A stretch of 51,005 nucleotides of DNA, taken from Luminiphilus sp. (GTDB taxonomy: Bacteria; Pseudomonadota; Gammaproteobacteria; Pseudomonadales; Halieaceae). The position numbers and the translations under genes are program-made. Positions 11,202 to 24,600 of the stretch are shown here, one piece after another. Within the stretch, counting starts at the first letter, position 1; each line of letters begins with the position of its first letter. The stretch lies in assembly GCA_038112515.1 (NCBI GenBank), contig JAYNNB010000003.1:1-51005 (forward strand). Reading direction: 5' to 3'. The notes beneath the pieces were generated by a model, which made no database searches, had not been told where the DNA came from, and saw only the letters and a program-made list of their open reading frames with translations.

Positions 11202-12584
11202 TCAATCCAAAGTCCTCAATATGCGTTGCACGCGCCAACTGATCAGTCCCGTTGCCACGGCGATGCCCAAAATCGTCGCATACCAGAAGTCGACAGTCCC
11301 TTCAGTGCTGTTATTTCCAGAGGCGATGGCCAGAAAATAACCCAGCGGTAGCGCCAGACCCCAGTAAGAAAATGTCACGACAACGAAGGGAAAGCGCGTC
11401 TCCTTGTACGCACGCAAAACAAAAGACCCCAAAATTTGAACAACATCAATCATGATGAAGAGCGCAGCCAGTCGCAGCAACTTCATTGCTAATGCATGAA
11501 TATCTGCCGATTGTGTATAGGCGCTGATGATGGCGTTGGGGAACAGTAGCAGCAGCAACATGGTCAGCAGGCCAATCATCCCTGATATTAAGGCGCCCAC
11601 TCTCAGTGCCATTTTCACGCCATTGGGATTCTGCGCACCGATGGCGTGTCCCATCCGTGTCGCCATGGCACTGCCAATGCTGACCATTGGAATATAAAAA
11701 ACATCCCAGATATTGATCGCGATCTGATGGGCCGCCACTGCAACGTCGCCCAGCGTCGCAATCAGTAATGTGACCGCTGAGAAGACACCGGTCTCTAAAA
11801 AAAAGGTCAGGCCGACGGGAATCCCCACGACGAGAATTTCTGTGATGCGTGTCTTATTTGGTGCTTGTAGCCACCTCTCGGGTAGATAGGGCTGTAGCTT
11901 CTCCGACGTCAGTGTGTAAAGCACAATGATGGTTGTGCTTAGCCACATTGAAGCGGCGGTGGCCAGTCCACAGCCTTCCGCTCCGAGTTCGGGTGCCCCC
12001 CAATGACCAAATATCAGCATGTAGTTCAATGGCACATTCGCAACGAAGCCGGCCACGCTGGCCAAGGCGAAGGGCGCGGTAACTCCAAGGCCCTGAGTGT
12101 GGTATCGGAGCGCCATGAAGATACCCAGCGCCGGAAAACCGAGTCCGACTTTCCCCACATAAGCAGCGGTTTTCGCTGCTGTCTCCTCGGGTAATCCCAG
12201 CAAGCCGATGATGACGCCGCTGTTCAGGCACAGCGGCGTCATAATGGCGCTCAGAGCGATGGCGACCCAGAGACCTTGGGGCAAGAAGCTTCTGACACGC
12301 TCGAGACGCCCCGCGCCATAGTCCTGGGCAACGATCGCAGAGCAGGCAAAAAGTGTTCCCAAAATGATGAGATAGAGGGGTAGCCAAATATTGAAGCCGA
12401 CTGCAATGGCGGCGAGATCGATGTCGCCGTAGTTGCCGGCCATTAGGGTATCGACTACGCCTGTGCCGATCTGCGCGGTTTGGGCAATTAGCAGGGGCCA
12501 AGCAATACGCCACAGCGGACCGAATTCTGCCAGCATTGGTGACGTTGTGACGGCGCCCGTCGATGACTCAGTCGGCTGCGTCAT
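11202..12584 (-). CDS. MATE family efflux transporter (NorM-like)
   Basis: IAWP...[40 protein letters not shown]; about 12 hydrophobic segments. Confidence 0.92.
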   Translation of the reverse strand: MTQPTESSTGAVTTSPMLAEFGPLWRIAWPLLIAQTAQIGTGVVDTLMAGNYGDIDLAAIAVGFNIWLPLYLIILGTLFACSAIVAQDYGAGRLERVRSFLPQGLWVAIALSAIMTPLCLNSGVIIGLLGLPEETAAKTAAYVGKVGLGFPALGIFMALRYHTQGLGVTAPFALASVAGFVANVPLNYMLIFGHWGAPELGAEGCGLATAASMWLSTTIIVLYTLTSEKLQPYLPERWLQAPNKTRITEILVVGIPVGLTFFLETGVFSAVTLLIATLGDVAVAAHQIAINIWDVFYIPMVSIGSAMATRMGHAIGAQNPNGVKMALRVGALISGMIGLLTMLLLLLFPNAIISAYTQSADIHALAMKLLRLAALFIMIDVVQILGSFVLRAYKETRFPFVVVTFSYWGLALPLGYFLAIASGNNSTEGTVDFWYATILGIAVATGLISWRVQRILRTLD

Positions 12585-12669
12585 GTTTGCTTGTACAAGG
12601 ATCTCATCGCCACATTCTAACTCGCTTACATGTGATAGACTTCGCCCTCATTTTTCCCCAGAAGACCTT

Positions 12670-13896
12670 GTGCAAGCAGACGCCCAATCCGCTGTTCAGC
12701 AGGACGCTAGCGATAGCCAGAACTCAAGCAATAGAGTCCAGTTTGCCAGTTTGAATTTGGACAGCACCGTTCAGCAGGGAATAAATTCCCTCGGATTTGA
12801 ATTTTGCTCTCCGATTCAGGGCCAGATCCTGCCGCATACCTTGGCGGGCAATGACGCTATTGGCAAGGCGCAAACAGGCACCGGCAAAACTGCGGCATTC
12901 CTCATTACTATTTTCAACGATCTACTCTCTCATCCGCTCGATGGGGAGCGCTTTCTGGGGGAGCCGAGGGCGGTCATCATCGCGCCAACTCGCGAACTGG
13001 TGATGCAAATTGCGGCGGACGCGGAGGATCTGGGAAAATTCACTGGGCTCAGAACCGTTACTTTGATTGGTGGCGCTGACTACCAGAAGCAGCTTGCCAA
13101 GGTAAATGCGACACCCGTCGATATTATCGTGGCGACGCCGGGAAGACTGATCGATTTTATGGAGCGAAGGGATTTGGCGCTGGATCGCGTCGAAATTCTC
13201 GTGTTGGATGAGGCAGACCGGATGCTCGACATGGGATTTATCCCGCAGGTCAAGCGTATTGTGCGAGCCACGCCCCATAAAGAAGACCGTCAAACGCTGC
13301 TGTTCTCTGCGACCTTCACCCAGGACATTCTCAATCTCGCCAAGCAGTGGACCTATGATCCCATTACTGTCGAGATAGAGCCCGAGCGGGTCGCGACAGC
13401 TTCGGTGGATCAGCGGGTCTATCTGGTTGCCAGTCGGGAGCGTTTCTCGGTATTGATGGATTTACTGGGCGGGGATGATGTTGAGCGCATCATTATTTTT
13501 GCCAATCGACGTGATCAGGTGCGGCGGCTTTACGAAAAGCTCCGAAAAGAAGGGGTTCAGTGCGGCATGCTATCGGGAGAAATCACGCAGGCTAAACGCA
13601 CGCGGACGCTGGAAAATTTCAAATCTGGCAGAACCAAGGTGCTGGTCGCGACCGATGTCGCTGGCAGGGGCATACATGTCGAGGGAATCTCCCACGTTGT
13701 TAACTACAACCTGCCGGAGGATCCCGAAGATTACGTCCACAGAATCGGCAGAACAGGCCGGGCCGGCGCTACGGGGGTGTCAATAAGTTTCGCCAGCGAG
13801 GACGATGCGTTTTTGTTGCCGGACATCGAGGCGTTGCTGGGTCACACGCTCCCCTGTATTTCGCCTCCCTCTTCGAATGGCGCAGGCCCAATTTAG
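12670..13896 (+). CDS. rhlB: DEAD-box RNA helicase RhlB
   Basis: Q motif, [39 protein letters not shown]; start (GTG about 12670) approximate. Confidence 0.88.
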   Translation: MQADAQSAVQQDASDSQNSSNRVQFASLNLDSTVQQGINSLGFEFCSPIQGQILPHTLAGNDAIGKAQTGTGKTAAFLITIFNDLLSHPLDGERFLGEPRAVIIAPTRELVMQIAADAEDLGKFTGLRTVTLIGGADYQKQLAKVNATPVDIIVATPGRLIDFMERRDLALDRVEILVLDEADRMLDMGFIPQVKRIVRATPHKEDRQTLLFSATFTQDILNLAKQWTYDPITVEIEPERVATASVDQRVYLVASRERFSVLMDLLGGDDVERIIIFANRRDQVRRLYEKLRKEGVQCGMLSGEITQAKRTRTLENFKSGRTKVLVATDVAGRGIHVEGISHVVNYNLPEDPEDYVHRIGRTGRAGATGVSISFASEDDAFLLPDIEALLGHTLPCISPPSSNGAGPI

Positions 13897-14639
13897 CGCA
13901 GCGCGCGAAGCTCTTCGCACCACAATAATGTCGCGCCAATGACAGCGGCGGGAATGACAAACAAGTTCAGAAAGGGGATGCCACTTAGCACGGCAACGGT
14001 TCCGCCGAAGCCGATGGTAGACAGGCGTCTCGCTGCGCACGCCTCTGGCACCTCTCTGAATGGGAGATGATGATTATCCATGGGATAGTCGATGAACTGT
14101 AGGCTCATCATCCAGGCACCCAATAAGAACCATGCCAAAGGCGCGAGCGCGTTGATGCCAGGTATGAGGGTGACAATGAGGACGGCAAGCGCCATCGGCA
14201 GGTAGTAAAGCACCTTGCGGAGCTCCCTGAATAAAGCGCGCGGTACTTCGAACAGAGTCGCTCCCAGACCCTCGAGTGCGGGGGGTGCCTCTCCCGTCAC
14301 CCACTCTTCGACTTTCTCGGCGAGTAGCGAATGGAACGGCGAGGTGAGCATTAGTACAGCAAGGGTTGAGGCATAGCCAGAGATGAGACCGCCAATCATC
14401 CACAGAAGTGGCGTGATAATCCACGATAGAAACTGAAGCCATTCGGGCACCGTTAACATGGCGGCGTCGTAAAAATCAGCAACCATTTCATACAGTGCCC
14501 ATCCCATGAGGCTGAATAGCACAATATTGGCTACCAGCGGCACGATGACGAATCGCCTCAGGCCCGGTTGAGCAATCATGGCGACGCCACGCAGAAAGTA
14601 GCCGACCCCAGTCAGGAGATTTCCGTTCATGTCAGTCAC
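13893..14639 (-). CDS. cysZ: Sulfate transporter CysZ (EI24 domain)
   Basis: [49 protein letters not shown]. Confidence 0.9.
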   Translation of the reverse strand: MTDMNGNLLTGVGYFLRGVAMIAQPGLRRFVIVPLVANIVLFSLMGWALYEMVADFYDAAMLTVPEWLQFLSWIITPLLWMIGGLISGYASTLAVLMLTSPFHSLLAEKVEEWVTGEAPPALEGLGATLFEVPRALFRELRKVLYYLPMALAVLIVTLIPGINALAPLAWFLLGAWMMSLQFIDYPMDNHHLPFREVPEACAARRLSTIGFGGTVAVLSGIPFLNLFVIPAAVIGATLLWCEELRALR

Positions 14640-14682
14640 TGTCTCAAATGAGGCTTTATTATACTGTGCTGATGTTACAAGG

Positions 14683-15282
14683 ATGCCGCAAGCCGTGAGT
14701 GATGAGGATCTTTTCGCCGCAGAAATGGCGGGGGTGAAGCCGCTGGATCGGGAGTCAAGAGTTCGGCCGGCAAAAGAGAAGCTGTCCGAGAATCAGCAGC
14801 GTGATCGTCGTCGCGCCGCTGAGGGGCAAAAGGGCGCGATTAATCCTCTAGTGGACGAGGGGATTTTGCCCTTGGACCGCTGGTATGTTCTCGCCTTCAA
14901 GCGGCCAGGGATACAGAATGGGGTCTATCGTAAGCTCCGTCTGGGGCAGTACTCCATTGATGCGAGACTGGACTTGCATCGCATGACCGTGGTTCAGGCA
15001 CGGGACGAGGTGTTCTCTTTTATAAACGAAGCCGGTCGGTTGGGCCTGAGAACACTATTGATTGTCCATGGCAAAGGTCAGTCTGCGTCTGATGGGGCCG
15101 CTACTGCGGTGCTCAAAGGCTATGTCAATCATTGGCTTGGGGAGCTGGACTCGGTACAAGCCTTCCACTCAGCTCAGCCCATGCATGGAGGCACGGGTGC
15201 GGTTTATGTGCTGCTGCGAAAAAGCGCTGAAAAGAAGCGTGAGAACCGCCTCAACTACATGAAGGGCCGCACTCAGGAATGA
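14683..15282 (+). CDS. smrA: Smr-domain endonuclease SmrA
   Basis: [46 protein letters not shown]; start approximate. Confidence 0.87.
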   Translation: MPQAVSDEDLFAAEMAGVKPLDRESRVRPAKEKLSENQQRDRRRAAEGQKGAINPLVDEGILPLDRWYVLAFKRPGIQNGVYRKLRLGQYSIDARLDLHRMTVVQARDEVFSFINEAGRLGLRTLLIVHGKGQSASDGAATAVLKGYVNHWLGELDSVQAFHSAQPMHGGTGAVYVLLRKSAEKKRENRLNYMKGRTQE

Positions 15283-16724
15283 TTGTTCAGTTTTTCGATG
15301 AGCAGTTCATTAAGTAGCTTGGGGTTCGCCTGTCCCTGTGACGCCTTCATAATTTGGCCTACAAAAAAACCGCTCAGCTTTTTGCGCTTTGCCTCATCGG
15401 CAGAAAGGTACTGCGCCACCTGATCGGGATTAGCCTCGATCACGTCATTCACCAACTGCTCGAGCTGGTCGGTATCGCTCACCTGCTTCAATCCGCGCGC
15501 GGCGATGATTTCGTCGGTGCTACCCTCTGACTGCCACAGGCCATCAAAAACCTGTTTCGCCAGCTTGCTGGATAAAGTGCCATCTTCGATACGACGGATC
15601 AAACCCGCGAGAGCCTCGGCGGATATGGGGCTCTCCTTGACGGTGAGCTCAGCGCGGTTAAGCGCCCCGGACAGATCACCCAAAATCCAGTTTGCGGCCG
15701 GTTTTGCGGCGCCGCATTGTTTAACGACTTCCTCAAAGAAATCCGCCGTTGCATGATCAGGGACCAACAAGGAGGCGTCGTATTCGTTGAGTTGATACTC
15801 ACTAATGAAGCGCGCTCGTTTTGCGGTGGGAAGTTCGGGGAGAGAGTCACGCACTGCGTCAATATAGGCCTGATCAATTTCTATCGGGAGCAGGTCGGGC
15901 TCGGGAAAGTATCGGTAGTCATTCGCGACTTCTTTTGAGCGCATGGATCGGGTCTCGTCACGCTCGGCGTCATATAGCCGGGTTTCCTGAGTAATGGAAC
16001 CGCCGCTGTCTAAAATGTCGGCCTGTCGCTCCACTTCACTGTGGATCGCGCGCTCCACGAACCGAAATGAATTCACATTTTTAATTTCCGTGCGAGTGCC
16101 GAGTGCCTCGCTACCCCTCTCGCGGAGTGAAATATTGATATCACAGCGCATGGAACCTTCGGCCATATTGCCGTCTGAAATGCCCAAGTAGGTGACCAGC
16201 GAATGTAAGGCCTTCAGATAAGCAACGGCCTGCTCGGCAGAGTGAAAATCAGGCTCAGTCACAATTTCCAGGAGCGGCGTACCTGCGCGGTTAAGGTCAA
16301 TACCTGACTCATGACTAAAAATATCGTGAACGGATTTCCCTGCATCTTCCTCAAGATGTGCTCTGGTAATCCGAATGGGTAGCAATGTGCCATCACCCAT
16401 CGGCACTTCAAAAACGCCCTCGCAAACAATCGGAGAGAAAAACTGACTGATCTGATAGCCCTTGGGCAGGTCAGGATAGAAATAATTCTTCCGATCAAAA
16501 ATCGAGCGTGTCCCGATTCGAGCGCCAATCCCCAGACCAAACTTTACCGCGAAGCGCACTGCCTCTTCATTGAGTACCGGTAGCATGCCCGGCATTCCCA
16601 AATCCACAGCGTCGGCTTGTACATTGGCCGGCGCGCCAAATTGTGTTGAGGAACCAGAGAAGATTTTGGATTGCGTTGCCAACTGCAGGTGGACTTCGAG
16701 GCCCATGACGATTTCCCACTTCAT
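15273..16724 (-). CDS. gatB: Asp/Glu-tRNA amidotransferase subunit B
   Basis: [44 protein letters not shown]. Confidence 0.98.
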   Translation of the reverse strand: MKWEIVMGLEVHLQLATQSKIFSGSSTQFGAPANVQADAVDLGMPGMLPVLNEEAVRFAVKFGLGIGARIGTRSIFDRKNYFYPDLPKGYQISQFFSPIVCEGVFEVPMGDGTLLPIRITRAHLEEDAGKSVHDIFSHESGIDLNRAGTPLLEIVTEPDFHSAEQAVAYLKALHSLVTYLGISDGNMAEGSMRCDINISLRERGSEALGTRTEIKNVNSFRFVERAIHSEVERQADILDSGGSITQETRLYDAERDETRSMRSKEVANDYRYFPEPDLLPIEIDQAYIDAVRDSLPELPTAKRARFISEYQLNEYDASLLVPDHATADFFEEVVKQCGAAKPAANWILGDLSGALNRAELTVKESPISAEALAGLIRRIEDGTLSSKLAKQVFDGLWQSEGSTDEIIAARGLKQVSDTDQLEQLVNDVIEANPDQVAQYLSADEAKRKKLSGFFVGQIMKASQGQANPKLLNELLIEKLNNHS

Positions 16725-18199
16725 GCCGCATCGTCCTCTATCGGTGGCCGTGCCTGATGCCAGTCGGTATCTAGCTGCAATCGGTGAGCGGCATTCAGGA
16801 TGGTACCCTCATCGAACGGCTTGCCGATCAATTGCAGGCCTACGGGCATGCCGTTCAAGAGACCAGCCGGTGCAGATAACCCAGGTAGCCCCGCGAGATT
16901 CACTGCAAGCGTATAAATGTCCTCCATGTACATCGCTACGGGATCCTGTTGTTTTGCGCCGAAGGGGAAGGCGACTCCGGGAGCAGACGGTCCCGCGATG
17001 ACATCTACAGATTCAAATGCCGTGCGGAAGTCATCGCTGATTACCCGACGCACTTGTTGCGCTTTGTTGAAATAAGCGTCGTAGAAGCCGGCGGATAGAG
17101 CGTAGGTGCCCACCAGAATCCGTCGTTGTACCTCCTCGCCGAATCCCTCGCTTCGCGACCGGAGATAGAGGTCCTCTAGATTTTCGGGGTCATTACAGCG
17201 GTAACCGAATCTGACGCCATCATAACGCGCCAGGTTTGCGGAGGCTTCGGCAGGGGCTAGCACGTAGTAGGTGGCTATGGCGTAGTGGCTGTGGGGCAAC
17301 TGGATGTCCACGAGTTGTGCACCCGCCTTCTCAAGCTCCTTCAGAGCAGACATGACTTGTCCGCGTACATCCGGATCCAAATCATCGTTGAAGTATTCCC
17401 GGGGCAAACCGATCCGTAAGCCGGTGATATCGCCGGTAAGTAGTGATGAGAAATCTGGGACTTCCAGGTCCGCCGAGGTGGAGTCTCCACGATCCAGTCC
17501 CGCCATTGCCGTAAGCATGTGAGCGCAGTCAGTCGCAGATCTCGCCATCGGACCCGCCTGATCAAGTGAGGAGGCGAAAGCGATAATACCGAGACGTGAC
17601 ACTCGCCCGTAGGTCGGCTTCAAACCTGTAATACCGCACAGCGAGGCGGGTTGCCGAATCGAGCCGCCCGTATCGGTGCCTGTGACTAGCGGTGCCATTC
17701 CCGCAGCGAGCGCCGCGGCAGAGCCCCCGGAACTCCCGCCCGGAACGCAATTGGTATCCCATGGGTTTTTTACGGCACCGAAAAAGCTGGTTTCATTGGA
17801 AGAGCCCATTGCGAACTCGTCCATATTGCATTTGCCCAGCATGACCACGCCTTCGGCTTTCAGTTTTGAAACCACCGTCGCGTCATACGCCGGGACAAAT
17901 TGCTCCAGCATGCGTGAGCCGCAGGTAGTGCGCACGCCCGACGTACAGAAAATATCTTTGTGCAACAGGGGGATGCCCGTGAGGATACTTGCCTCTCCGC
18001 GAGAGAGTCGTTGATCTGCGCGGCGAGCATCGGCAATGGCAAGCTCCTCGCACACAGTCAGCACGGCATTAAGTTGGGGGTTGAGGCGCTGGATCCGCTC
18101 TAAAAAAGCCATCGTCAACTCCTCGCTGGAGACTGCGCGGCTTGTCAGCATCTGATGCAGCTCGGCGACCGAGGCGTTCAACAGCGCACTGTCGACCAT
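16721..18199 (-). CDS. gatA: Asp/Glu-tRNA amidotransferase subunit A
   Basis: Amidase signature [31 protein letters not shown]. Confidence 0.98.
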   Translation of the reverse strand: MVDSALLNASVAELHQMLTSRAVSSEELTMAFLERIQRLNPQLNAVLTVCEELAIADARRADQRLSRGEASILTGIPLLHKDIFCTSGVRTTCGSRMLEQFVPAYDATVVSKLKAEGVVMLGKCNMDEFAMGSSNETSFFGAVKNPWDTNCVPGGSSGGSAAALAAGMAPLVTGTDTGGSIRQPASLCGITGLKPTYGRVSRLGIIAFASSLDQAGPMARSATDCAHMLTAMAGLDRGDSTSADLEVPDFSSLLTGDITGLRIGLPREYFNDDLDPDVRGQVMSALKELEKAGAQLVDIQLPHSHYAIATYYVLAPAEASANLARYDGVRFGYRCNDPENLEDLYLRSRSEGFGEEVQRRILVGTYALSAGFYDAYFNKAQQVRRVISDDFRTAFESVDVIAGPSAPGVAFPFGAKQQDPVAMYMEDIYTLAVNLAGLPGLSAPAGLLNGMPVGLQLIGKPFDEGTILNAAHRLQLDTDWHQARPPIEDDAA

Positions 18200-18486
18200 C
18201 AGTCGATCACCTTCGGTACCAGAAAATAGCCTTGATCCTGGGACGGCGCAGACGCCATAAGCGCCTCACGCTCGTCGCCCGCGGTAACCACGTCAGGACG
18301 CAGTCGCTGTATCATGTCGTGGGGATTCGACATGGGCGCTACGCCATCCGTATCGATGGTGTTGAGCTCATTGACGAGGTGCAGCACCCGTCCGAAGCGT
18401 TCCGTCACCTCAGGGAGGTCTGATTGTGCAATTGAGAGCCGAGCGAGCAACGCCACTTTCTCGATATCGTCTTCAGAGATGGACAT
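18199..18486 (-). CDS. gatC: Asp/Glu-tRNA amidotransferase subunit C
   Basis: VALLARL, LRPDVV, AP...[10 protein letters not shown]. Confidence 0.96.
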   Translation of the reverse strand: MSISEDDIEKVALLARLSIAQSDLPEVTERFGRVLHLVNELNTIDTDGVAPMSNPHDMIQRLRPDVVTAGDEREALMASAPSQDQGYFLVPKVID

Positions 18487-18532
18487 GGGAGCTTTCCTTA
18501 CCGCAGGCGGCGAAAACTAACACACTTGCGGC

Positions 18533-18561
18533 TTGCCCAAAAACCCCTGCGTTGCTACATT
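18533..18561 (+). promoter_or_regulatory. Putative sigma-70 promoter of the mreBCD operon
   Basis: TTGCCC-17 nt-TACATT with TG extension. Confidence 0.6.
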
Positions 18562-18664
18562 CCTCGGGCATACGGGGCTTCAAACGCTGATTTTGCATGC
18601 ATTTTTTTGCCGGAGGTACCTCTCGCTCCCACCTCTCCGAGTATGAGGGACGCGAGTTACACGC

Positions 18665-19739
<1,075 letters not shown>

Positions 19740-19763
19740 GTCGCGGGCGATTGGAGCAGCGCC

Positions 19764-20600
19764 ATCAAACCGCTTTTCCTGAAAGAAAGTCCCTTCAGCG
19801 CCCGCTTCCTGGCGCTGGCATTGTTATGTTTGGCACTGCTGTTCTTTTTTCGTGACCACCCGCGAGTAGTGGGTGTGCAGCAGCGCGCCATTGATGTGGT
19901 TGCCATCACCTCAAGCGTAATTCTCGCGCCTTTGGACGCGTGGGATAGAATGGTCGCGGCTATGAGTTCGCGTAGAGACCTTCAGGAGGAAGTGCTCCGC
20001 TTGCAACAGGAAAACCGGGTACTTAAAGGTCAGAGTCAACGCCTCGCCGCCCTCCTGTCGGAAAATGCGCGATACAAAGCGCTCTTGCGATCCGCGCAAT
20101 TAATTGATGATGAGCTTATTGCGGCGCAAATTACCGCAGTATCCCCGGACCCTTCTCGACATATTGTTGTCATAGATAAGGGTGTCCTCGATGGCGTGCG
20201 GGAGGGCCAGCCGATGCTCGGGGAAGAAGGATTAATGGGACAAATTGTTCTCAGCGGAGAGCGAAACAGCCGCGCGGTGCTAATTACTGATAGTGCGCAT
20301 GCGCTTCCCGTTCAGGTGAATCGATCAGGATTGCGGGCTATTGCTGAAGGTAGCGGCATGATTGACCGATTGCTGATCCGGCATCTGCCCGCTACTGCAG
20401 ATATCCGAGTCGGCGATTTACTGGTGACATCTGGCTTGGGCGGGCGCTTTCCCAACGGGTACCCCGTCGCCCGGGTGATTGAGGTCGTGATATCGGAAGG
20501 AGAGGCTTTCGCACTGGTCACCGCAGAGCCGATATCAGCTCTGGATCGAGGGCGTTATGTGCTGGTATTGCAAAGAACCGTTGAGAGCGGGACGGAATAA
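19764..20600 (+). CDS. mreC: Rod shape-determining protein MreC (probable ATC start)
   Basis: ENARYKALL coiled coil, IDKG..DGV, GL.GQ, DLLVTSGLGGRFP.GYPV; conserved (M)KPLF N-terminus begins at ATC 19764 behind GGAG. Confidence 0.93.
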   Translation: MKPLFLKESPFSARFLALALLCLALLFFFRDHPRVVGVQQRAIDVVAITSSVILAPLDAWDRMVAAMSSRRDLQEEVLRLQQENRVLKGQSQRLAALLSENARYKALLRSAQLIDDELIAAQITAVSPDPSRHIVVIDKGVLDGVREGQPMLGEEGLMGQIVLSGERNSRAVLITDSAHALPVQVNRSGLRAIAEGSGMIDRLLIRHLPATADIRVGDLLVTSGLGGRFPNGYPVARVIEVVISEGEAFALVTAEPISALDRGRYVLVLQRTVESGTE

Positions 20601-20602
20601 TA

Positions 20603-21085
20603 GTGGAACAAGCCAGATCATCATGGGTGATATACCTGTCTCTCGGCTTTGCCCTTATGTTCATGTTGCTCCCTTTTCCCTTGGAGTGGCGGGTATTCAG
20701 ACCTGATGTCGCTTCTTTAACGTTGTTTTATTGGGTTCTCGCGTTACCACATCGGGTGGGAGTGACTACGGCTTTCTTCCTCGGTATAGGTCAAGACCTG
20801 ATTGAGGGCGCTCCCCTTGGACTATCTTCGCTTGGCTTGATGATCTCTGCATTGGTGTTGCTGGCGAACTATCAGCGCATTCGACAATTTGATGGCGTCC
20901 AGCAGTCGTTCATGATTCTTGTTTTGCTGATGCTGAGCTCCGGTTTAGAACAGTGGCTGAGAAATGGCATCGCAATGCCTGGGTTGCCTTGGTTGGGGCT
21001 GGCAGGCCTGCTGTGTTCGATGGGATGCTGGCTGATTGTCAGAGAGATCCTGCGGTCGCTCAGACGCTATTACGAGGTCAATTGA
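20603..21085 (+). CDS. mreD: Rod shape-determining protein MreD
   Basis: RPD...YWVLALPHRVG..TAF.LG..DL..G..LG; hydrophobic. Confidence 0.94.
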   Translation: MEQARSSWVIYLSLGFALMFMLLPFPLEWRVFRPDVASLTLFYWVLALPHRVGVTTAFFLGIGQDLIEGAPLGLSSLGLMISALVLLANYQRIRQFDGVQQSFMILVLLMLSSGLEQWLRNGIAMPGLPWLGLAGLLCSMGCWLIVREILRSLRRYYEVN

Positions 21086-21651
21086 TGTCACTCCTGCTCG
21101 CATCGGCCAGTCCTCGGCGGAGAGCTCTCCTTTCACTGCTAGTTGACGAATTCGATACAGCAGATCCGGACGTAGACGAGTCATTGCTGCCGGGTGAAAC
21201 CCCAACCGACTATGTCGCGCGACTCGCGGCGGCCAAAGCACAAGTGTACGCTGCGACGGGTTGCGCTGTTCTGGGTGCTGATACGACTGTGGCTCTAGGC
21301 TCAGCCATACTTGGCAAGCCCGATAACCTAGAGGCGGCCAGAGCATCTTTACAGCTTCTGTCTGGTTGTACCCATGAGGTCCATACGGCACTTTCATTGA
21401 TAATTTCCGGTCGCACACAAACGCGCGTTGCCAGCACTCGAGTGACGTTCACGCATTTATCGGAAGAGGCGATCAATCAATATTTGACGATGGATGAGTT
21501 CGTGGGCAAGGCCGGTGCCTACGCAATTCAGGGTTACGCGGGCGCATTCGTGAGCAGGATTGAGGGTAGTTATAGCGCCGTGGTGGGTTTGCCGCTGTGC
21601 GAGACCCGTGAACTTTTGCTCAGTGCCAATATCCCAATCAGATATGGCTAG
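21085..21651 (+). CDS. maf: Maf-family nucleoside triphosphate pyrophosphatase (YhdE type)
   Basis: LLASASPRRRALL, LGADTTV, GKP, KAGAYAIQG, GSYSAVVGLPL; TGATG coupling with mreD. Confidence 0.95.
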   Translation: MSLLLASASPRRRALLSLLVDEFDTADPDVDESLLPGETPTDYVARLAAAKAQVYAATGCAVLGADTTVALGSAILGKPDNLEAARASLQLLSGCTHEVHTALSLIISGRTQTRVASTRVTFTHLSEEAINQYLTMDEFVGKAGAYAIQGYAGAFVSRIEGSYSAVVGLPLCETRELLLSANIPIRYG

Positions 21652-24600
21652 GGCGCTTCCTAAACTCGCGGGCCGGATCGTCTGGCCTCTGATGGTGGTG
21701 ACTTTGGTCTCCCTCGCGGTTTATGTCAGCAGCGGTCGATTGGTGATGAGAGCGTTGTCCGACGCAGAGCCGCAAGTCTCCGAATTTTTATCTTCAATGG
21801 TAAATGAGGAGGTGTCGATAGGTGGCATACGCGGGGAGATGGCTGGATTTTCCCCCCGACTTCAAATCGAAAACTTTGCTATTCGTAATGGTGGGAGTGG
21901 GGAGTGGCTAAATCTTCCTGCGATATCAATTCGCCTTGATGCGTGGGCCAGTTTCTTGGCGGGTGAGCTACGTTTTGACGAACTCGTTTTGACCAGACCG
22001 GTATTGAGCAGTTTGCCTCTCGCATCAGAGCAGGGGCGCGGTTTTCCTCCGGGAATTACTGAATTTTTGAGTGGCTTCGAGCGGTTGGAAATCCGTGAAG
22101 CGCGCCTTATGGGTGATGCGCAGGGGACGGATCAATCCCCCCTGCCTGACGCGTTAACGCTCGATATGGACATGGTTCGGGATGGTAGCCGTAGAGACCT
22201 GAGAGTTACGGTTCGGTCCGATGAGGAGATTGTCTTCGCTACCGAGGGGTCGGGTATTGGTGACCCCCTGGACTACAGAAAATTCTCTGGTGCATTTCAT
22301 GGCTTCATCACGGGCGGCGGATTGGGACTGGTTGCGCAAGCGCTGGGCGTGCAGCTTGTCGCGGAGGGCAGCGCCAAGTTCTGGCTTAATGTTTCTAAGG
22401 CCGACACGGGTGTTTCATTCGAAGCTGATCTGAAAAATATTAGTTCGCGCAACGGCGAGCAGGTTTTTTTGGAGGGACTCTCCTTCACCGCCGACTTGGC
22501 GGGTTTGTCAGACCAACCGCGGCTCTGGATTCAGAATGCGAAGCTGACACATGCTGGATCAGAGCTGATTGTACCGCGGTTGCAATCCACCACGTCGGAT
22601 GAGAGCTGGCAAATCCTCTCTGAGGATCTGGATGTGGCGTCGCTTGCAGATATTGTCTCGGCAAGTGCAGTGTTGCCAGACAGGGTAAACAAAATTCTGA
22701 CAGCGTTGGATCCCAGTGGTCGCATCGATGCGATCTCTCTGGAATTTGCCTCTTGGAAGGACCCTCTGCAGTCTTGGACGGCGTCGCTGGCTGTCACCGA
22801 CGCTACGACTCGCCCCTACCGGAGAGTGCCCGGTCTGGGCGGCATCGATGCGAGTCTGACTGCGACTCAGGATGGTGCGCAGGCCTGGGTGCGCACCAAG
22901 GATTTTGCGTTGGAACTGCCTTTGGTCTATGAGACGCCTATTCAATTTGATGCGGTAACGGGTGTGCTGTCGGGTCGTTGGCAATCCGATGCACTGTTTC
23001 TGCAACAGGGGGTTTTCGAGGCGGTGGCGCAGGATCACACCGCGACGGTGCAGTTCGAGATCGATATTCCTTTTTTCAAAGATGCGTCGATCGAGATGCA
23101 GATGCGTTTGGCTGCGGCCTTGAGTGAGGCTCCCATCAAGGTTCGTGATGCTTATATCCCGCGTCGTCTGCCAGAAAACGCTTATCAGTGGCTTCGGACG
23201 GCACTGCCATCGGGTGATATCGAAAAAGCGGCATTCCTCTGGTTTGGTGGATTCAAACCTTATGGCGATGCTTCGCAGACGATGCAACTCGCAGCGAATC
23301 TTCGCGACGTGACACTCGCTTACCAAAATGGCTGGCCCGAGGCGATCCAAGCGCACAGTTTTTTGAGGCTCGACGATACCTTGCTCGAAGTCTGGTCGCC
23401 CCAGACTGTCATTGCAGGGCTCACGTTGGACGATGCTTCGGCGGGTTTGCAGTTACGCCCAGAGTCCTCTTGGTTGAGCATTCAATCCAAGTCAGTGAGC
23501 GCCGCATCGGACCTCAAGCGAGGGCTGAACGCACTGCCCCCGCTTTTTCCCATTAGGCCATTGCTCGACGACCTCAGTGTATCGGGAAGCACGAGCATAG
23601 AGTTCAGTATTGATTTTGATTTGCGCGATATCCCTGGATCGCTGGACGTCAAGGTCAGCTCAGAGGTCACCGCCATCAAGCTCCACTCGGCTTTGCTCGA
23701 TTTATCGGCAGACGAAATTTCCGGCGCCTTGACCTATGACTCTTCCCGTGGCTTCGAGAGCAGTGATCTAAGCGGCAAGTTGCTGGGGAAAACGCTGGCA
23801 GTGGAGATGGGCCCTCACCTCACCGCCACCCCCCGGACCATAGTGGCCGCTAAGGTGAATTTTGATGCGGGGGTGCGGGATATTCTCGAGTGGCGCTCAT
23901 TGCCCGCAAGCTTGCCCATTGATGGAACCGCACCCCTGCAGGTCGCGATCACGGTTGCCGATGAGATCGTCGTCGAAGTGGACTCAGATTTACAGGGTGT
24001 CAGCGTCGATCTGCCTCTCCCATGGGGAAAGCCTTACGAGAGCACAGCGCCCCTTAAGTTAGTTTGGCGCGACCGAGGGTGGGCTGAATGGGAGGTATTT
24101 TGGTTCGGGCGATTTTCTGCCGTTGCGGACATACCTCAAGGTGATTCGGCGACGGTCGCTATTGACGTAACTCCGAGAACTCGCCCTGCTTGGCAGTCTT
24201 TAATCGGCAATCGCAATGGAATCCACGTAACGGGTTTATTGCCTGAATTGGATCCTGCCGAATGGCTCCCTGTCTTCCAAGATGATTTTGCGACAGGCTC
24301 TGTTTTTCCGCGGCTCGCGGTTGACGATCTTCGCGTTGAGCAATTGCAGTGGCGCGGTACCTCTATGGGTAGCTTAAATCTCTCTCTGAGGGCTGATCGA
24401 GAGTTGTTTTACGCTGATTTCGTATTGCCTTGGTTGCGCGGGGACTTTCAGCAGCAGTTTGCCGCGCCGATGTCCGAAGCTGCCGCCGAATTCGAACCAG
24501 AAGTGCAGCGACGCTTGTCTATCAGTTATCTGGACATCGACGGGTTGCCGGCACTCGAAAGTCAGGCGGGGGCGGGCGATACCGATTTGAATTTCAATTG

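Noticed and set aside
11854-12513. 219-aa alternative-frame ORF within the MATE gene
   Set aside because: Arg/His-rich composition with no motifs; typical shadow ORF of a GC-rich gene
12433-12669. Extended N-termini given by the ORF track for rhlB (and likewise hemA, maf, murA, petA, lptB, NPr)
   Set aside because: Most of the extensions overlap neighbouring genes and all precede the family-conserved N-terminus; downstream starts were chosen
22559-23356. 265-aa antisense ORF within yhdP
   Set aside because: Fully antisense to a conserved gene, no recognisable domain; expected from codon bias
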